From Asterias rubens (taxonomy: Eukaryota), in assembly GCF_902459465.1 (NCBI RefSeq), contig NC_047075.1:13764001-13828000 (forward strand): a stretch of 64,000 nt of DNA, read 5' to 3'. Under the pieces are notes generated by a model. The model did no database searches. It was not told the DNA's origin and saw only the letters and a list, made by a program, of their open reading frames with translations. The stretch's first letter is position 1. Each line of letters begins with the position of its first letter. Positions 37,862-50,282 of this stretch are shown here, piece after piece. A program made the position numbers and the translations under genes.

Positions 37862-40800
37862 CAATTAATGCCTCCAAAATGTCTTTGGGAATCTTTCTCA
37901 TTGTTCCCATTGTTGTTAACTCCTCATTCGTGAAGAAAGCATTAACTAGGGTACAAGCCATCTTAGTACCTGATTTTCCAGCTTTTCTCATGGCTGAAGA
38001 GATGTTTAGCGGGTACACATAGACCCGAGTTCCCGGAGTTAGTTCAATCATCTGAGCGAATCAAAAGAAAAATGAACAGCTCAGTAAAGTATGTGGTGTA
38101 ATAACCTTTCTGTGAGTTGGGATTGTTCTGAAAAGAATCATTTGTTTTCAACTCAACAGCAAATCATAACGATGGCCTCAATCAGGAATTATCTATATTT
38201 TCACTGAAGTAGCTACTCCTGTGACTGTAGAATGAAAAGCTGAAGGTTCTTTCAAATCTACCAATTGTGTTAATTTGTACACTTACTTGGTGCATTGCTG
38301 CAATGTCTGGATGTAGTTTTCCAGGCCGAGGTGCAGTATTTGCGTTGGTCGATGTACTTCCTGCATACAGATAAAAGTTCATAAAAACAGGAACACTGTA
38401 GATATCACAATTATAAACTGAACTCAAACACTATTTTCAGAAAAGATGTTTTGCTTATTGCTGTTTTTATACCTCTGTGTTGATGACTGTAGGGTGGAAA
38501 TGAAATGTTATTACAACAGCTGTATGGCTTCAATTCGTTGTTACAAAAAGTCATCAAAAAGATGAAAATCGTGCAATACACACGAAAACCAAGTGTTTTG
38601 TTTTTATTTTTGCAAGTCGCCCATCACAAGGCCAGATGGCCACTCAAGAGAGGGCTACAAATCAACTGTTTTCCAGGGCTGTTGCCACCTACTCCTGGAG
38701 CTGAAACAGGGTTGCCCCTTTTAGAGTTTGTAAGGTTTTGTAGGCTTTATAGGTATCATCTAAGCGGAGCCTGGCTGAAAGAGCACAATGTACTACCTCC
38801 CCAACTTTTACGAAGCAATTATGGTTAAGCACACAAGTGGTATGACCCGGATTAAAACCCTTACTCTGTCGCATGCTACACCAGAGCATGGGTCCGGTGA
38901 GCTAAACCGCTCGGCCATGCCTCGAACAACATGACAGGGCAATCTATGATCGCAAAAGGTCATTTTCACAAAACCTGTGATGTAAAGGTAAAAAGACAAA
39001 GATTTCTTTCAAAATTTTTCAAAAAGCCTAATTTCTGGCAAATAGCCAAAAAATAGCAATTTTGTTTAACGTTCACACATGATCGGATCCCATTCTCTGC
39101 TGGAGTTTTGCATCGCCATATTAATTTGTGCTATTTAAGGAAAATATTTCAACTTACTCTGATAGTGGGCAACCTGATCCCCAAGGTTATAGCAGGTCTC
39201 TTGAAGACTTCTTATCTTTTCTTCCAAAGATAAAATTTGATCGTACAGTGTCAGGTTCTCGTCTTTTAACTTCCTCATTTCTATGTTTAATGCACATAAT
39301 ACAAATAAAACATGAAGTTAAGTTAATGCGCAAAATTTAATGCATTCCACGCCTTGAATGCAACACAAGCACAAAACAAAATTGATTAGGGGAACACATA
39401 CAGAACAGGTTTGAAAAAATACCTTCCCCATTAGCGTTGATGAATGATGTTCGTCTTGGACATTTGCCACCAACTGTAGGCCGATCTCTATCGTTCTGTT
39501 TGTCCAATCTAGTTTTGTTTTTTGTTTTTCGAGCTCAGCCAGGTAAGATCGCTCTTTTTCAAGGTATTTGGAAATGTTACCTATGTGAGTTGATATAAAA
39601 AAAATGACAACAAACTTGAGTTTAAAGTGCATCAGTTAAACAAATTTCATGATCACAAACATTTTTTACATGCAAGAGCCATTGCATGTCCATAAAAGAA
39701 CTTTTGGATTGAGCATATTAAACATTTTACCATGTGCTTAAAATTGATAAGCACAAAACAAAATTGGTTAAGGGAACTCATACAGAACAGGTTTGAAAAC
39801 ATACCTTCCTCATTAGTGCTGATGAATGATGTCTGTCTTGGACATTTGCCACCAACTGTAGGCCGATCTCCATTGTTCTGTTTGTCCAATGTAGTTTTTT
39901 TTTTTTTTTTTTCGAGCTCAGCCAGGTAAGATCGCTCATTTTCAAGGTTACCTATGTGAGTTGATATAAAAAGCCAACAACAAACTTGACTGTAAAGCGC
40001 ATCAGTTAAAAAAAATTTATGGTCACAAACATTTTTAGTATGCATGAGCCTATTGCATGTCCATGATCAGGCATATTGAACACTTTGCAATTAAATTGTT
40101 TTTACAAGTTAAACTCAAAATGTGCTTAGCCTATACCTTTTACTTATTATTACTTGTATACTGGGCAATGGTTTGAAATAAAACAAGGGCTTGTTTAAAT
40201 GAATTCATTAAAAATAGTCTAAAATGTACACCAACGACATGGTCTTCAACATGGTCTTCAGCACTCTGTTCAGATCCCTCTGATAAAAAAATTTGAGAAA
40301 AAAGAGTTTGCAGAACTTTTCTTCCAGTACTCCTATATTTGCAACCTGTACCACCACAAATGTTACTACAATTAACATTAAGTCAGTTACAAGCAGTTTT
40401 GTGTCAACACAAACTAGCCAAAATGATGACAGCATTTGTGACAAAACTATTTTATTCGAGGATTAAGTTAAGTACATTAACAGTAAACTTTCATACTGCA
40501 AATGCATTAAATTTACATGTTTTGTTTTCTTTAATTAAAAATTACAAAAGATTTGTATGATATATTTACCGCTATCAGTATCACTGTCCTGATTTTGCCC
40601 GAGCTGTTCAAAGAGGGCCTTCTCCTTCACAATGTATTGCGAGATGTTACTCGGGCCAGCTTTTAAACATAAAAATGTTTACTGTTATTTTGAATTTGTA
40701 AGAATTTTTTCTCATCTATTGCACTCTTTGTACATGTACATGTACATGTTGTCTTGAAAAAATAGGTGAGGGACTTTTTAATAATTAGGCTTTGAAGGTA

Positions 40801-42830
40801 TAGTATAGGATTGGTTTTGGCATGAATGTATTATTCCAATCAACTAGTTTTCAAATATACATCTAACAAAGTTTGAAAATTTCATCAAGAACTGTCTGAA
40901 CGTTTTCGAGAAACACCAGGGCAAGCCCCTTCTCTTAATAATGAACAGTTTCTGTTCTGTTAAGTTATTTTGTACATGTTTTTACGGAGTTAATTTTTGG
41001 TAAACAACCCAAATCAGCTGTTAAGTTTTTAAATAGATCTTCAGATACAGTTTTCTCATATGACAGCATTTCAGAGGAAAATATCTCACAGAAAAATTGG
41101 TTCTAGTATGGACCCCATAAATAGCAAGCTTTCAGACTGGAACTAAACAATGATTTTTTTCATCCTAAACAATCCTGTATAATAATCTTTAACCAATATT
41201 ACATTCTTTGAACTGACAGTTGAGTTACATATTTACAAAATAACCATGCAGTGACACTTTTAGCCAAGTACACTGTTTTGCTTAAAATAAAAAAAACAAT
41301 ATTGAAAACATCGAACATGGCATTCCTCCTTAGTCTGACCCTGAGCAAATATTACACTATGTAAATAATTGTGCCATGCTCTTATTACAAAATAAATAAA
41401 ATTTTTGTGCATTAAGAAACTCACCTTTGCCACTGGTCTTCTCTGCAGCAACCTTCTTCTTGGACACTGTACAGTTCAGATAAATTGCAAAAAGCATGTC
41501 CTAATACAAAATTTGTATTTATCATCATTATGTACTTTCATTCATTCATTGACAAAAAAATATAGGTATGTAATCGAATTGACATTGTATCTTTCATTTC
41601 CACCACATTGCTTATTTATAACCAAAGCCATTTTGATAATTGTAGATCTGTATCGTGATTCCTGTTATTGTTTTAGTTAGGCATTTATGTGTGTATGTCT
41701 AGAACAATTACTCACCTTTGGATTTGGGGTGTGGTTTTTCTGCCTGGTCTTTCGTACCTGTGAAGTGGTGAGCAAAATACAAGAACAAAAGCTGAAGATG
41801 CATACATGTTTTATACCAACACATACTTGTACGCCACAAACTTGTAAATTTACTTAATGTGCAGTCAACACCTGTCCTGGGTTTCAGATACTGTTTTAAA
41901 TTATGGCATCAAAATACTTCATTAGGATTATCAAGGAGACCATATAGTGCAGGAAATTAGTATGTTATTCACAAATTCGGCATAACATATGAAAACCTAC
42001 CATTTATCTTCCTTTTGGGTGGTTTCCCTTCCAGTCTCTGTTTTTCTTTTTGGAGGAATTCTTTGTTTTCTAAAGAAAAAAAAAAAAAGTAATAATAACC
42101 AAGGCTGTTGAATTCTTGAAAACAACTAATTCACACAAGACAATGTACATGCAGATTCAGTGACGTCGCACAAAATTGTAGGGCCTAACGATACTTCATT
42201 AATGATGCCGCTCTTCATAACCCGATAGCGTAGACCTACTATTAAAATATGGTCAAACGGGGTCAACAAAACATAAGTAAATCATGGTAGGCCCAAGTAA
42301 ACCTTGAGGTTTTTTTTTGTAAATGCATGGTGGTCATGGTCATGGTGCTATAGCCCCATTTTGTTGTCAATAGATTACTTTATATCCTTAGGCACGTGCC
42401 AGTGGAGTGCTATTGTACAAGCAGATGACATTCCTGGTTGAATTTTTTTGAAATATTGCAAATTTGTTTGGGGAGAAAATTGTTTTGCTTTTTGACGTTA
42501 ACACTTACAGTTAACACATTAACGTAAAAGTTTCAAAATAAACAGGTACACGGATGCAGTCACACAAGTAGCCGATAATGGACGTTTACTGCCAACATGC
42601 TGCTATTGGAATTGCCCGAGTAAATCTCATTTCACATACGTAAAGCAAGGACTCCTAAGTTTATTGTCGTTAGGCCTACTTCAACTGTGTTTATGTTTAA
42701 ATAATAACTTCATAAATTTTACTTTACCGGTGTTCCCAGGTTTTCGATCACTCGTCGTTCACATGGAGCATGCATGGAGAGAAGGTGTGTTGCTTCGCCT
42801 CAGTACTTGCTATACATTTTAAGAACACGG
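37862..42830 (-). CDS. Multi-exon gene (or pseudogene) encoding charged/coiled-coil segments and a BEN-domain-like region
   Basis: Short exons with clean AG/GT sites near 42070-41990 (ENKEFLQKEKQRLEGKPPKRKIN), 41755-41715, 41470-41425, 40650-40570, 39951-39805, 39580-39423 and 38355-38285. Exon 38051-37862 reads IELTPGTRVYVYPLNISSAMRKAGKSGTKMACTLVNAFFTNEEL...IPKDILEALI. Start and last exon are uncertain. Confidence 0.5.
38596..38924 (-). mobile_element. tRNA-derived SINE, same family as 22585-22891, in an intron
   Basis: The reverse complement begins GGCATGGCCGAGCGGTTTAG and shares GGAGTAGGTGGCAAC and GACTTGCA-A-rich tail with the first copy. Confidence 0.85.
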
Positions 42831-43409
42831 GGAACAAGACCATTTTATTTTTGCGAAATTTGTTTTTTGCGTTGGGGATATCGTTCACCCAAAGTATCAC
42901 ATAATTGGTGTCCTGATTATTAAAAAAAGTACAATATTGGAATTTTTTTCACTCCATACTGTGTGAATGGTCAATCTCAAACGTGAAAGGATGCATCATC
43001 AAGCTTCTGGATGATTGTGAACGAGGCCGTGGACGTCACGAGTTCGTGATCAATCAATGGTCGTAATAGAAACCTCGTTTTCACGGTGTTGTGCTTTATA
43101 CGTAAACTGGCCATGTGACATACCTCAACCAATTGAAACAAAAGGCGCGAGTAACGTTTAGGAGACATAAAACTTTATGAGATTATGTTCGGGTTGCATA
43201 CGTATTTTACAAAGGGTTCAATTTTAACGTTATTTAAAACAGTTGAGAACAGTTTGTGTTTTTTCGAAATATTGAACAATCCAAGATCTGCAGCACAATG
43301 TCAACGAGGGATAGCAACACTTCCAGTCGACATAGAAACACTTCCAAACCATCGCGATTTTCAGATGAACCAGGTAGGTAATTCCTTACACAAAACTTTC
43401 ATCCAAAAT

Positions 43410-43610
43410 TGTAATGTAAACAAGGTCAAATATTTTTAACTTTGACCTTCCATAAGTCTGGTTTTCATGAACCGATCCCCACAAGTCTATTTGGATAGAG
43501 CTCTGTTTTATGAGACAATCATTTTGATACTTTACTTGTGGGGATCGGTTCATGAAAACCGGACTTATGGAAGGTCAAAGTTAAAAATATTTGACCTTGT
43601 TTACATTACA
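43410..43610. repeat. Long inverted repeat, 77-bp arms (1 mismatch), 47-bp spacer
   Basis: 43410-43486 versus 43534-43610. Confidence 0.95.
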
Positions 43611-44676
43611 GTTTTTTGTGACCCTGTACCAGCGCAGCGTTTTTGCGATTGCGCACAACGGACAATTCCAACTCGCGTAAAAAAGGGCCGTATGAACATG
43701 TTTGACAATCAAGCGCGAAAAAGCGCGACAACTAATAGTTTTAATTCAAAAAGTAATTACATTATTAAATACTCAACTAACTGTCATTTTTGGTTCATTA
43801 TGGGGCCCTAAGAGGATAACTACTTACAGTTCACAATGAATTTGAGCGCAGAAAACAACATTTATTGTGATTTTACGGAACGTTTTTCACAAATACTTCA
43901 ACAAAACGGACGCCGAAATTACATATCAATCGCGAGAGAAAAACCATATCTTGAAAGTAGTTCCGTTTATTTTTATGAATGAAACGATTAACATGGGTTA
44001 AATCTATATCCCTCCGCACCACCGATCTCTCTATAGCGCTGTACCCGTTGGGGTGGTCACAGTTTCCCATTAACAAAAAGCGGCTGCGCGGTGAACAGCG
44101 CCCTCACTGGGAAGTGATTGACACTAACTTACCCCATCCATCAATGACCAGAATCTATTTTAGGCATTATATAAAGTAATTATAGAACATTTTCATTCTG
44201 TAAAAGATGGAATGTTCCATTCAGCTTGGCTCCGCCTCATTGAATGGAATATTCCATCTTTCAACACATGAAAATGTTCTTGTTACCTTGTAATGAAACT
44301 CATAAACAATCATTATTTGTATACTAAATTAGTTAATTAATGGTGGTGTCAATTCGAGGGTAAAAGTTTAGCGAGTTCATGTGGTGGGTACATTAGGCCC
44401 CTATTGTGTCCAAATTTCGGGTAAAATCTGAATGAACTGTCGTTCGTAAAACCAAATGGGTGGCGCGCATGTGACTGACAATCACACATTACAGCGGTGG
44501 TCACCAGCAACTGTCAAATGGAGCATTTTTCAGTCACCATTTGTTTTGGCTATGCATGTAGTGTCCATTATTCGAATTATAACAAATTTTATATTATAGG
44601 ACTATAGGCTGAAATGATATTGAACTTTGCAATTTACTTTAATTCACAGGTGTAACAACTTTCAGTTTCCATCATC

Positions 44677-47600
44677 ATGAGCGAAACAGTGCCAGGCAAT
44701 GGCTTACCATCAAGTAGGAAACGTCATTACAGGGACTACTTATCACAACCAAATGCTAATATTCCAAAGACTACACAATGGCGCATCAGTATTGGAACAT
44801 GTGACACAGAAGAGATGGATGGAATGGAGTCATGTATGTCACCGATGGATCAAGATATATCTGATGGAAGTGAAGTTGATACATCACAAAATTGTATTCG
44901 TTCTAGTGACCCTGATGATCAGCACAGTGAACTTTTTACAGAAGAGGATGTATCATCAATACAGTTTGATAGTGAAAGTGAAGGAGGCCAAGATGACCAT
45001 GAGAACTTTGATGAAAACTTTGTGAACTGTGAAACCATAGAGTCCGACTCTGAGGATGAAGTGGACAAACCGGATAGCACCAGCAACTTCAGTGATGCTG
45101 ATCAATACATCTACCCGGGTGCCCAAAAAACCATTGCAACAAGTATGCTTTTGACTGTAGCATTTGTATGTAGGCATGGCATTTCTGGGCAGGCACTGCT
45201 GGACCTCCTGACATATATGGAACTACACTGCATGGCTGGTAATCTGTGCGCTGGCTCAATGAAGTTGCTGCGACAGTTTTTCAGAAGTAGCAGAGCACCA
45301 ATGGAGTGTCATTTTTATTGTTCTAACACTACATGCAAACTTTATTTTGGGAATGACAAGGACAAAGTACCAAGCGTATGTAAAGCTTGTAACTCAAGGC
45401 AAGACAAAGAATCACCACGTTACTTCCTGATGAATCCTTGATTTGTCATTGAAGAACTTTTTTGCAAGTAAGTTAAAATCATTGTACTTTGTATAATTTT
45501 TATCTTAATAACTATTTTTTTCTCAGTGTGAAATGCAGGTGTAGTGTGCTAGTTTGATGTACATCAAACATGGCCCTGTGGCTCATAAAACACACCACAT
45601 ATACTGGAAAGAGCAGTGGAAACTAAAACCAATGTTTGAAACTTTGTATTAGTCCTATAATTTTACTGAAATTGTTGTAAGAAGCAGACCTGTTCACAAT
45701 ATACAATTGAATAATACTACATGTATGAACATGTATGCATTAGCATGTCCAAGAAAAAAAATAATACTTGCTCCATAAGATCAAGTGATAAAGGTTCAGA
45801 AAACTTTATATTACAGTACTACAGTGCTTTTCATGAACCAGTTTATTTGATGCTGAGATGCTCTACTGAACACTTTTTGTACTTAACACTGAGAAACTTG
45901 AGAGCACTCATGACTTTTAATGACTTGTAATAGTTTTTGAAAGAAAAATATCGGCAGATAAAAAAGGAAATGCGATCATTTCCTATTTTTACACCAACAA
46001 AAAAGTAGCTGACAGTTTTAAAACTTTACCCTCTTGAACATAAACATTTGCATGGGTGCTTAAAGAGAGTAAAGCTTAATTGAATGGATTGTATTTTTGA
46101 TACATTTTCTTTAAGGAGTTGAAGTGACCCTACCAGATGGATGTCAGAAGATTGTAAAGGCAATTGTGTTGAGCTCTGTGTTTGATTCTCCAGCACGCTG
46201 CCTCTTTCAGAACTTCACTCAATTCAATGGCTATTCAGGATGCCCGTTTTGTTTGACTGTGGGGGAGACAGTACAAACCAGTGCACGAGGCCACACACAA
46301 ACCTACCCATTTGATTTGAATTCTGATACAGGTCATGGACCTCCAAGGAAACATAAGAATACGACAGAATTTTTGCAAGAGATGCATAATCACATGCTGA
46401 GAACAGGGAAAAAAACATTACATGGTGTCAAAGGGTACAGTTGTTTTATTTTTGTTAAGAAGTTTGATATAATCCGTAGTGTAGCATTATACTATGTGCA
46501 TGGTGTTATGCTTGGTGTTGTAAAAATGTGCACAAAACTTTGGTTTGACAGTTCGTTTAGAGGGAAACCATTCAGTATTTACAAAAAGTTGAAAGATGTT
46601 GATATCAGACTTATGAATATTAAACCTCCTAACTGTATTACAAGACCCCCAAGACCCATTTCCTCACACATCAAATTCTGGAAAGCTTCCGAATATCGGT
46701 CATTTGTACTTTATTATTCAATTCCCTGTCTCTGGGGAATTTTACCATCAGAATTCTTTGAACATTTGCTTTTACTTGTGCAAGCTTTACTTCTACTTCT
46801 GTCAGACAGTATAAGTGTGATCGACTTGAAAACTGCAAATACACTTCTAAAGCTTTACTGTTTGAAGATTGGTCAACTGTATGGTGCAAGGTATCGTACC
46901 TCTAATGTACATAGTTTATTACATTATACCGATAAGGTACGTGATCTTGGGCCACTTTGGTGTAACTCTTGCTTTCCATATGAGGATTTTAATGGGGATA
47001 TTTCTAAATTGTTTCATGGCACAAGAGGTGTACAAACGCAGGTTTTGTCAGCTGTCGCAATCAATCAGCAAATACCACTTTTAGCTCTAAATTTAAAAAA
47101 AGGGTCACAAGAGTTTGAATTTTATAACGCGATGGTCTCACATGGCAGAAACATAAAACTAAGGGAAGAGCTTTCTGAAGGGACTTATCTAGTTGGTTCA
47201 TTTACGGCAACACATGACTCTGGTGATTATTTTGCAGTTTTATTTCAAAAATATGGTCAAATTAAAAATACAAAGTATTTCAAAAGAGTTTCTATCAGGA
47301 GAGTTGTATATCATAGTAAAAGTTATAAAATAGTAACAAAAAGAAACAGTTTCACCATAATGTTCCAGGCGAATGACAAACAAATGTTTGGTATGGTGTG
47401 TATATATGTAAAGTTTTTCCTGCAATGTGTAAACCAAACTTCCTGTTCAGGTAAATGTAAATGCAAATTGCCTAAATATGCCGCCATTGTTGAAGGGTTG
47501 AAGCCAGATGAAACGCTGCAGTTGACAGGTAATACCCTTAGCAATACTGTAACCAAATGTATTGTGCCAGTTGTAAAAAATTACAGAAAGTTGGTGGTGG

Positions 47601-47701
47601 TAGAACTCAAAGATATCCTTCAGAAATGTGTCTGGTTAGATGTTGGGCTAACACAAAATAACTTAATTGCTGTTTTTCCAAACACTTATGAGAAAGACTA
47701 A
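44677..47701 (+). pseudogene. CMC/EnSpm (Transposase_21-like) transposase, at least two exons, defective
   Basis: Exon 1: acidic N-terminus, RHGIS...LDLL, HFYC..C. Exon 2 from about 46116: FDSPAR..QN..QFNGYSGCPFC, HGVKG, YVHGVMLG (usual D-x-x-H Asp replaced), FWKASEYR, NVHSLLH, LGPLW..SCFPYE..NG. Exon 1 has a stop at 45439-45441, and the expected nTDG..WP..ELP segment is not visible. Confidence 0.85.
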
Positions 47702-48589
47702 GGGTATGTACTAGGCGTTTTATTAAAGCTCACTTATTATGTTACAAACTGTTGACACTACTACCGTACACCTTTTATTTAAAATTGGAGGATGTTTCTA
47801 CAATTGTTAATGAGTGCTCATCATTTATAATCTTAATTTTATAAGCTGTCTGTCTAAATTTTGAAACTTTCTTGTAAAACCTAAACTTTGGCTAAAAATA
47901 CATGTAGGAGAACTTCAGTTCTTTATTAACAAGTTTTTGTAACTCTGATTTTTTGTATGCTTTTATGTGACCTCACATGTATTTGTCAAGCATGTATGCA
48001 AATAAGTTTTTAGAAGTTTTAACTGTTGTAGACTCGAATAACACCTCAAAAGCAGCAATATTGTAGGACAGACCCTATGCGCGTGAAGCAAGTATCAATG
48101 AAGCACGCAGCATTCCTGGTTTGATTTTTATGGCACGCACATGCCCACAGACGCTTTGTTGTAAGTCAGACAGTTGAGTCGTATAGTCATTTTTGATACG
48201 GTCTAAATATGAAACATTTACCTGTCATTTTCTTAACATTTGATAATTGTTTGTAATTTTTCTGAGGATTGTTTATTTACATGTAGCATACCCATAAACC
48301 ACACAACAGGTCAGAATATAATTGTTTCACAGATTCCTTATAACCAGTCCAGCATCATTACAGTATACAATGAACCTTGTCGTATAATAAAACGGATAGT
48401 TTTGAGACTTTGTGCAAAAAATATAATCTGTGGTTTCATCTCAGGTTTTCATTAAGTTAAAATCAGAACATACGTAAACCAACATTTGACTTATTGTGTG
48501 TTAATGATATCACACTTCACATATATTATTTGCGTTAAAAAGTTAATGCAAACTCATTTAACATTTTCAGCTGATTTTTGTATGAGGGT

Positions 48590-48964
48590 TAGTCATGCAT
48601 GTAGGATTTAATTCTGTTTGGTACAAATTTCAGAAAACAAGACAGCAGGATTCAGAGGAAAATTTCAAAATCAACCTGAAAACAGGACCACAGGCTTCAG
48701 AAAAATTCAAAAAAAAACAGTCAGAAAATAGCACAGCAGGCTTCAAAAATTTTTTAAGTCCCCCCAAAACAGTAAGAAAACACAGTGACTTGGGAAAAAC
48801 AGTGAATGAAAAACAGGGTGTATGAAAAACAGGGTGAAAACAGGGTCTAAACTTGTAGTATTTCCATGCAAACAGGATAAAAACATGTTCTTATCCTGTT
48901 TTTGAAGACAAAAACAGGATAAAAACCTGTTTGAAACAGACAAAAAATAGGATTTTGTACAGCG
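48590..48964. mobile_element. Right terminus of the CMC/EnSpm element with subterminal AAACAGG repeats
   Basis: Ends ...GGATTTTGTACAGCG (CGCTGTACAAAA on the minus strand, resembling CACTGTAAAA EnSpm ends), preceded by many AAACAGG(A/G)T units. Confidence 0.6.
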
Positions 48965-48997
48965 ATTTCCGCGAGGGTATCTCCGTACCTCTACAAA

Positions 48998-49015
48998 TGG
49001 CGACGAGGATGGGAT
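48998..49015 (+). promoter_or_regulatory. Primer-binding site complementary to tRNA-Ser(GCU) 3' end
   Basis: TGGCGACGAGGATGGGAT, 2 nt after ...CTACA. tRNA identity is from recalled sequences. Confidence 0.85.
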
Positions 49016-49250
49016 GCTGAGTCACAACGCTGTGAGAGACCTAGTCAGCAAAGACACAGGCATAACTGAGGACACTTATTGAGCATGTGGAGACGAGTTG
49101 GCTTAGTATACCTGCAAGACCTATTAGATGATTAGGTAGGCCCTATATATATACCTATTTCTATGGTTCAAAATTACTGTTCAAAGCAATATTTTCCCTC
49201 TGTCTGGGCTTCTCCTGTTGTATAAATATATTTTGTTTTAAAGTGCAGTC

Positions 49251-50276
49251 ATGGCACTCCCAGACGGAGTAGCTGAGGCCATTCTTCAGTCAAACCAAGC
49301 GTTAGCTGAGACACTCGCAGGAGCATTTCAAAATCTTAGATACCAGAGAGTGTCTACTATTAAGTTGACAAAATTTTGTGGCAGTCCAACGAAAGTCGGA
49401 GACCAGACCATAAAAGAATGGCTCAGTGATTTGAGCACTTATGTACGACAGGCGGGGCTCAGGGATGTTGAGAAATTGAGCACAGCTCTGGATTTTTTAG
49501 GAGGTGTAGCTAAGGAAGAGGTTTTGTGTACACCTATCCATGATAGAGATGATTTCGAAAAGCTTTCAGCCCTCCTGGTGAAGCGATTCGGTTCACCAGA
49601 GAGTGTTCAGTCTTTAACTGGTACCCTATACTCCCGCACTCAACTACATGGTGAAACTTTGGCTGATTTTAGTCGGGCCCTGATAAGGCTACATGATCGA
49701 ATGGAGAATGTAGCAGTTAACGCGCAGGAAAAGGATGCCTTAGCCCAACTCAGGAAGAGTACTCTAAAAGAACAATTTGTGAGAGGTGTACTTGACATAT
49801 CAGTCAGACGCGAGCTGCGCAAATTGCTTTTAGGCCAGGCGGATCTCAGTTTCACTGATTTGCGTGAGTTTGCCTTAGAGTTGTTTCCGGACGCGGAACA
49901 ATTCTGCGAAGAAAGAAGCTCTGTTGATTGTAATACTGCTTTGGCGTATAAGGCTGCTGCAGCCCCCAGCGACTCTAAAGTTTCTGACTTACTTGAAAGC
50001 CAAAAGCGACTTGTTGATACTATGCAAAAACTAGTTGAACAACAGACCAGTATGACTACCAAAATGCAGAGTATGTCTGAGGGTATAGAGAGTCTGGTAG
50101 CTGCACAGCGTAGAAGCCAAATAAAGTGCACATTCTGCCACAGAACTGGGCATACAACAGAAAACTGTTTCAAACGCAAACGACTTGAAAATAAGAAAGC
50201 TAACGAACAAGCAGACAAACCACAGGAAACCGAGAAGCCGGGAAATGTGAATCCTCCGCCACAGAGAGCACTGTGA
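49251..50276 (+). CDS. gag: Gypsy 2 Gag, intact 341 aa
   Basis: KLTKFCG...EWL capsid region, LYSRTQ..GETL..FS, and CCHC knuckle CTFCHRTGHTTENC. Confidence 0.9.
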   Translation: MALPDGVAEAILQSNQALAETLAGAFQNLRYQRVSTIKLTKFCGSPTKVGDQTIKEWLSDLSTYVRQAGLRDVEKLSTALDFLGGVAKEEVLCTPIHDRDDFEKLSALLVKRFGSPESVQSLTGTLYSRTQLHGETLADFSRALIRLHDRMENVAVNAQEKDALAQLRKSTLKEQFVRGVLDISVRRELRKLLLGQADLSFTDLREFALELFPDAEQFCEERSSVDCNTALAYKAAAAPSDSKVSDLLESQKRLVDTMQKLVEQQTSMTTKMQSMSEGIESLVAAQRRSQIKCTFCHRTGHTTENCFKRKRLENKKANEQADKPQETEKPGNVNPPPQRAL

Positions 50277-50282
50277 CGGGGG
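50240..50282 (+). promoter_or_regulatory. -1 frameshift signal: G GGA AAT plus downstream stem-loop
   Basis: The heptamer is in the gag frame and pol is open in the -1 frame from this point. CCGCCACAG pairs with CTGTGACGG (8 of 9) starting about 9 nt downstream. Confidence 0.7.

Noticed and set aside
44037-44044. CGCTGTAC as left TIR of the EnSpm element
   Set aside because: Only an 8-bp match, no TSD, and no subterminal AAACAGG repeats; could be chance.
49640-50218. 192-aa antisense ORF over gag (also 15071-15571, 17775-18206 and similar)
   Set aside because: Shadow ORFs opposite real coding sequence, with no motifs.
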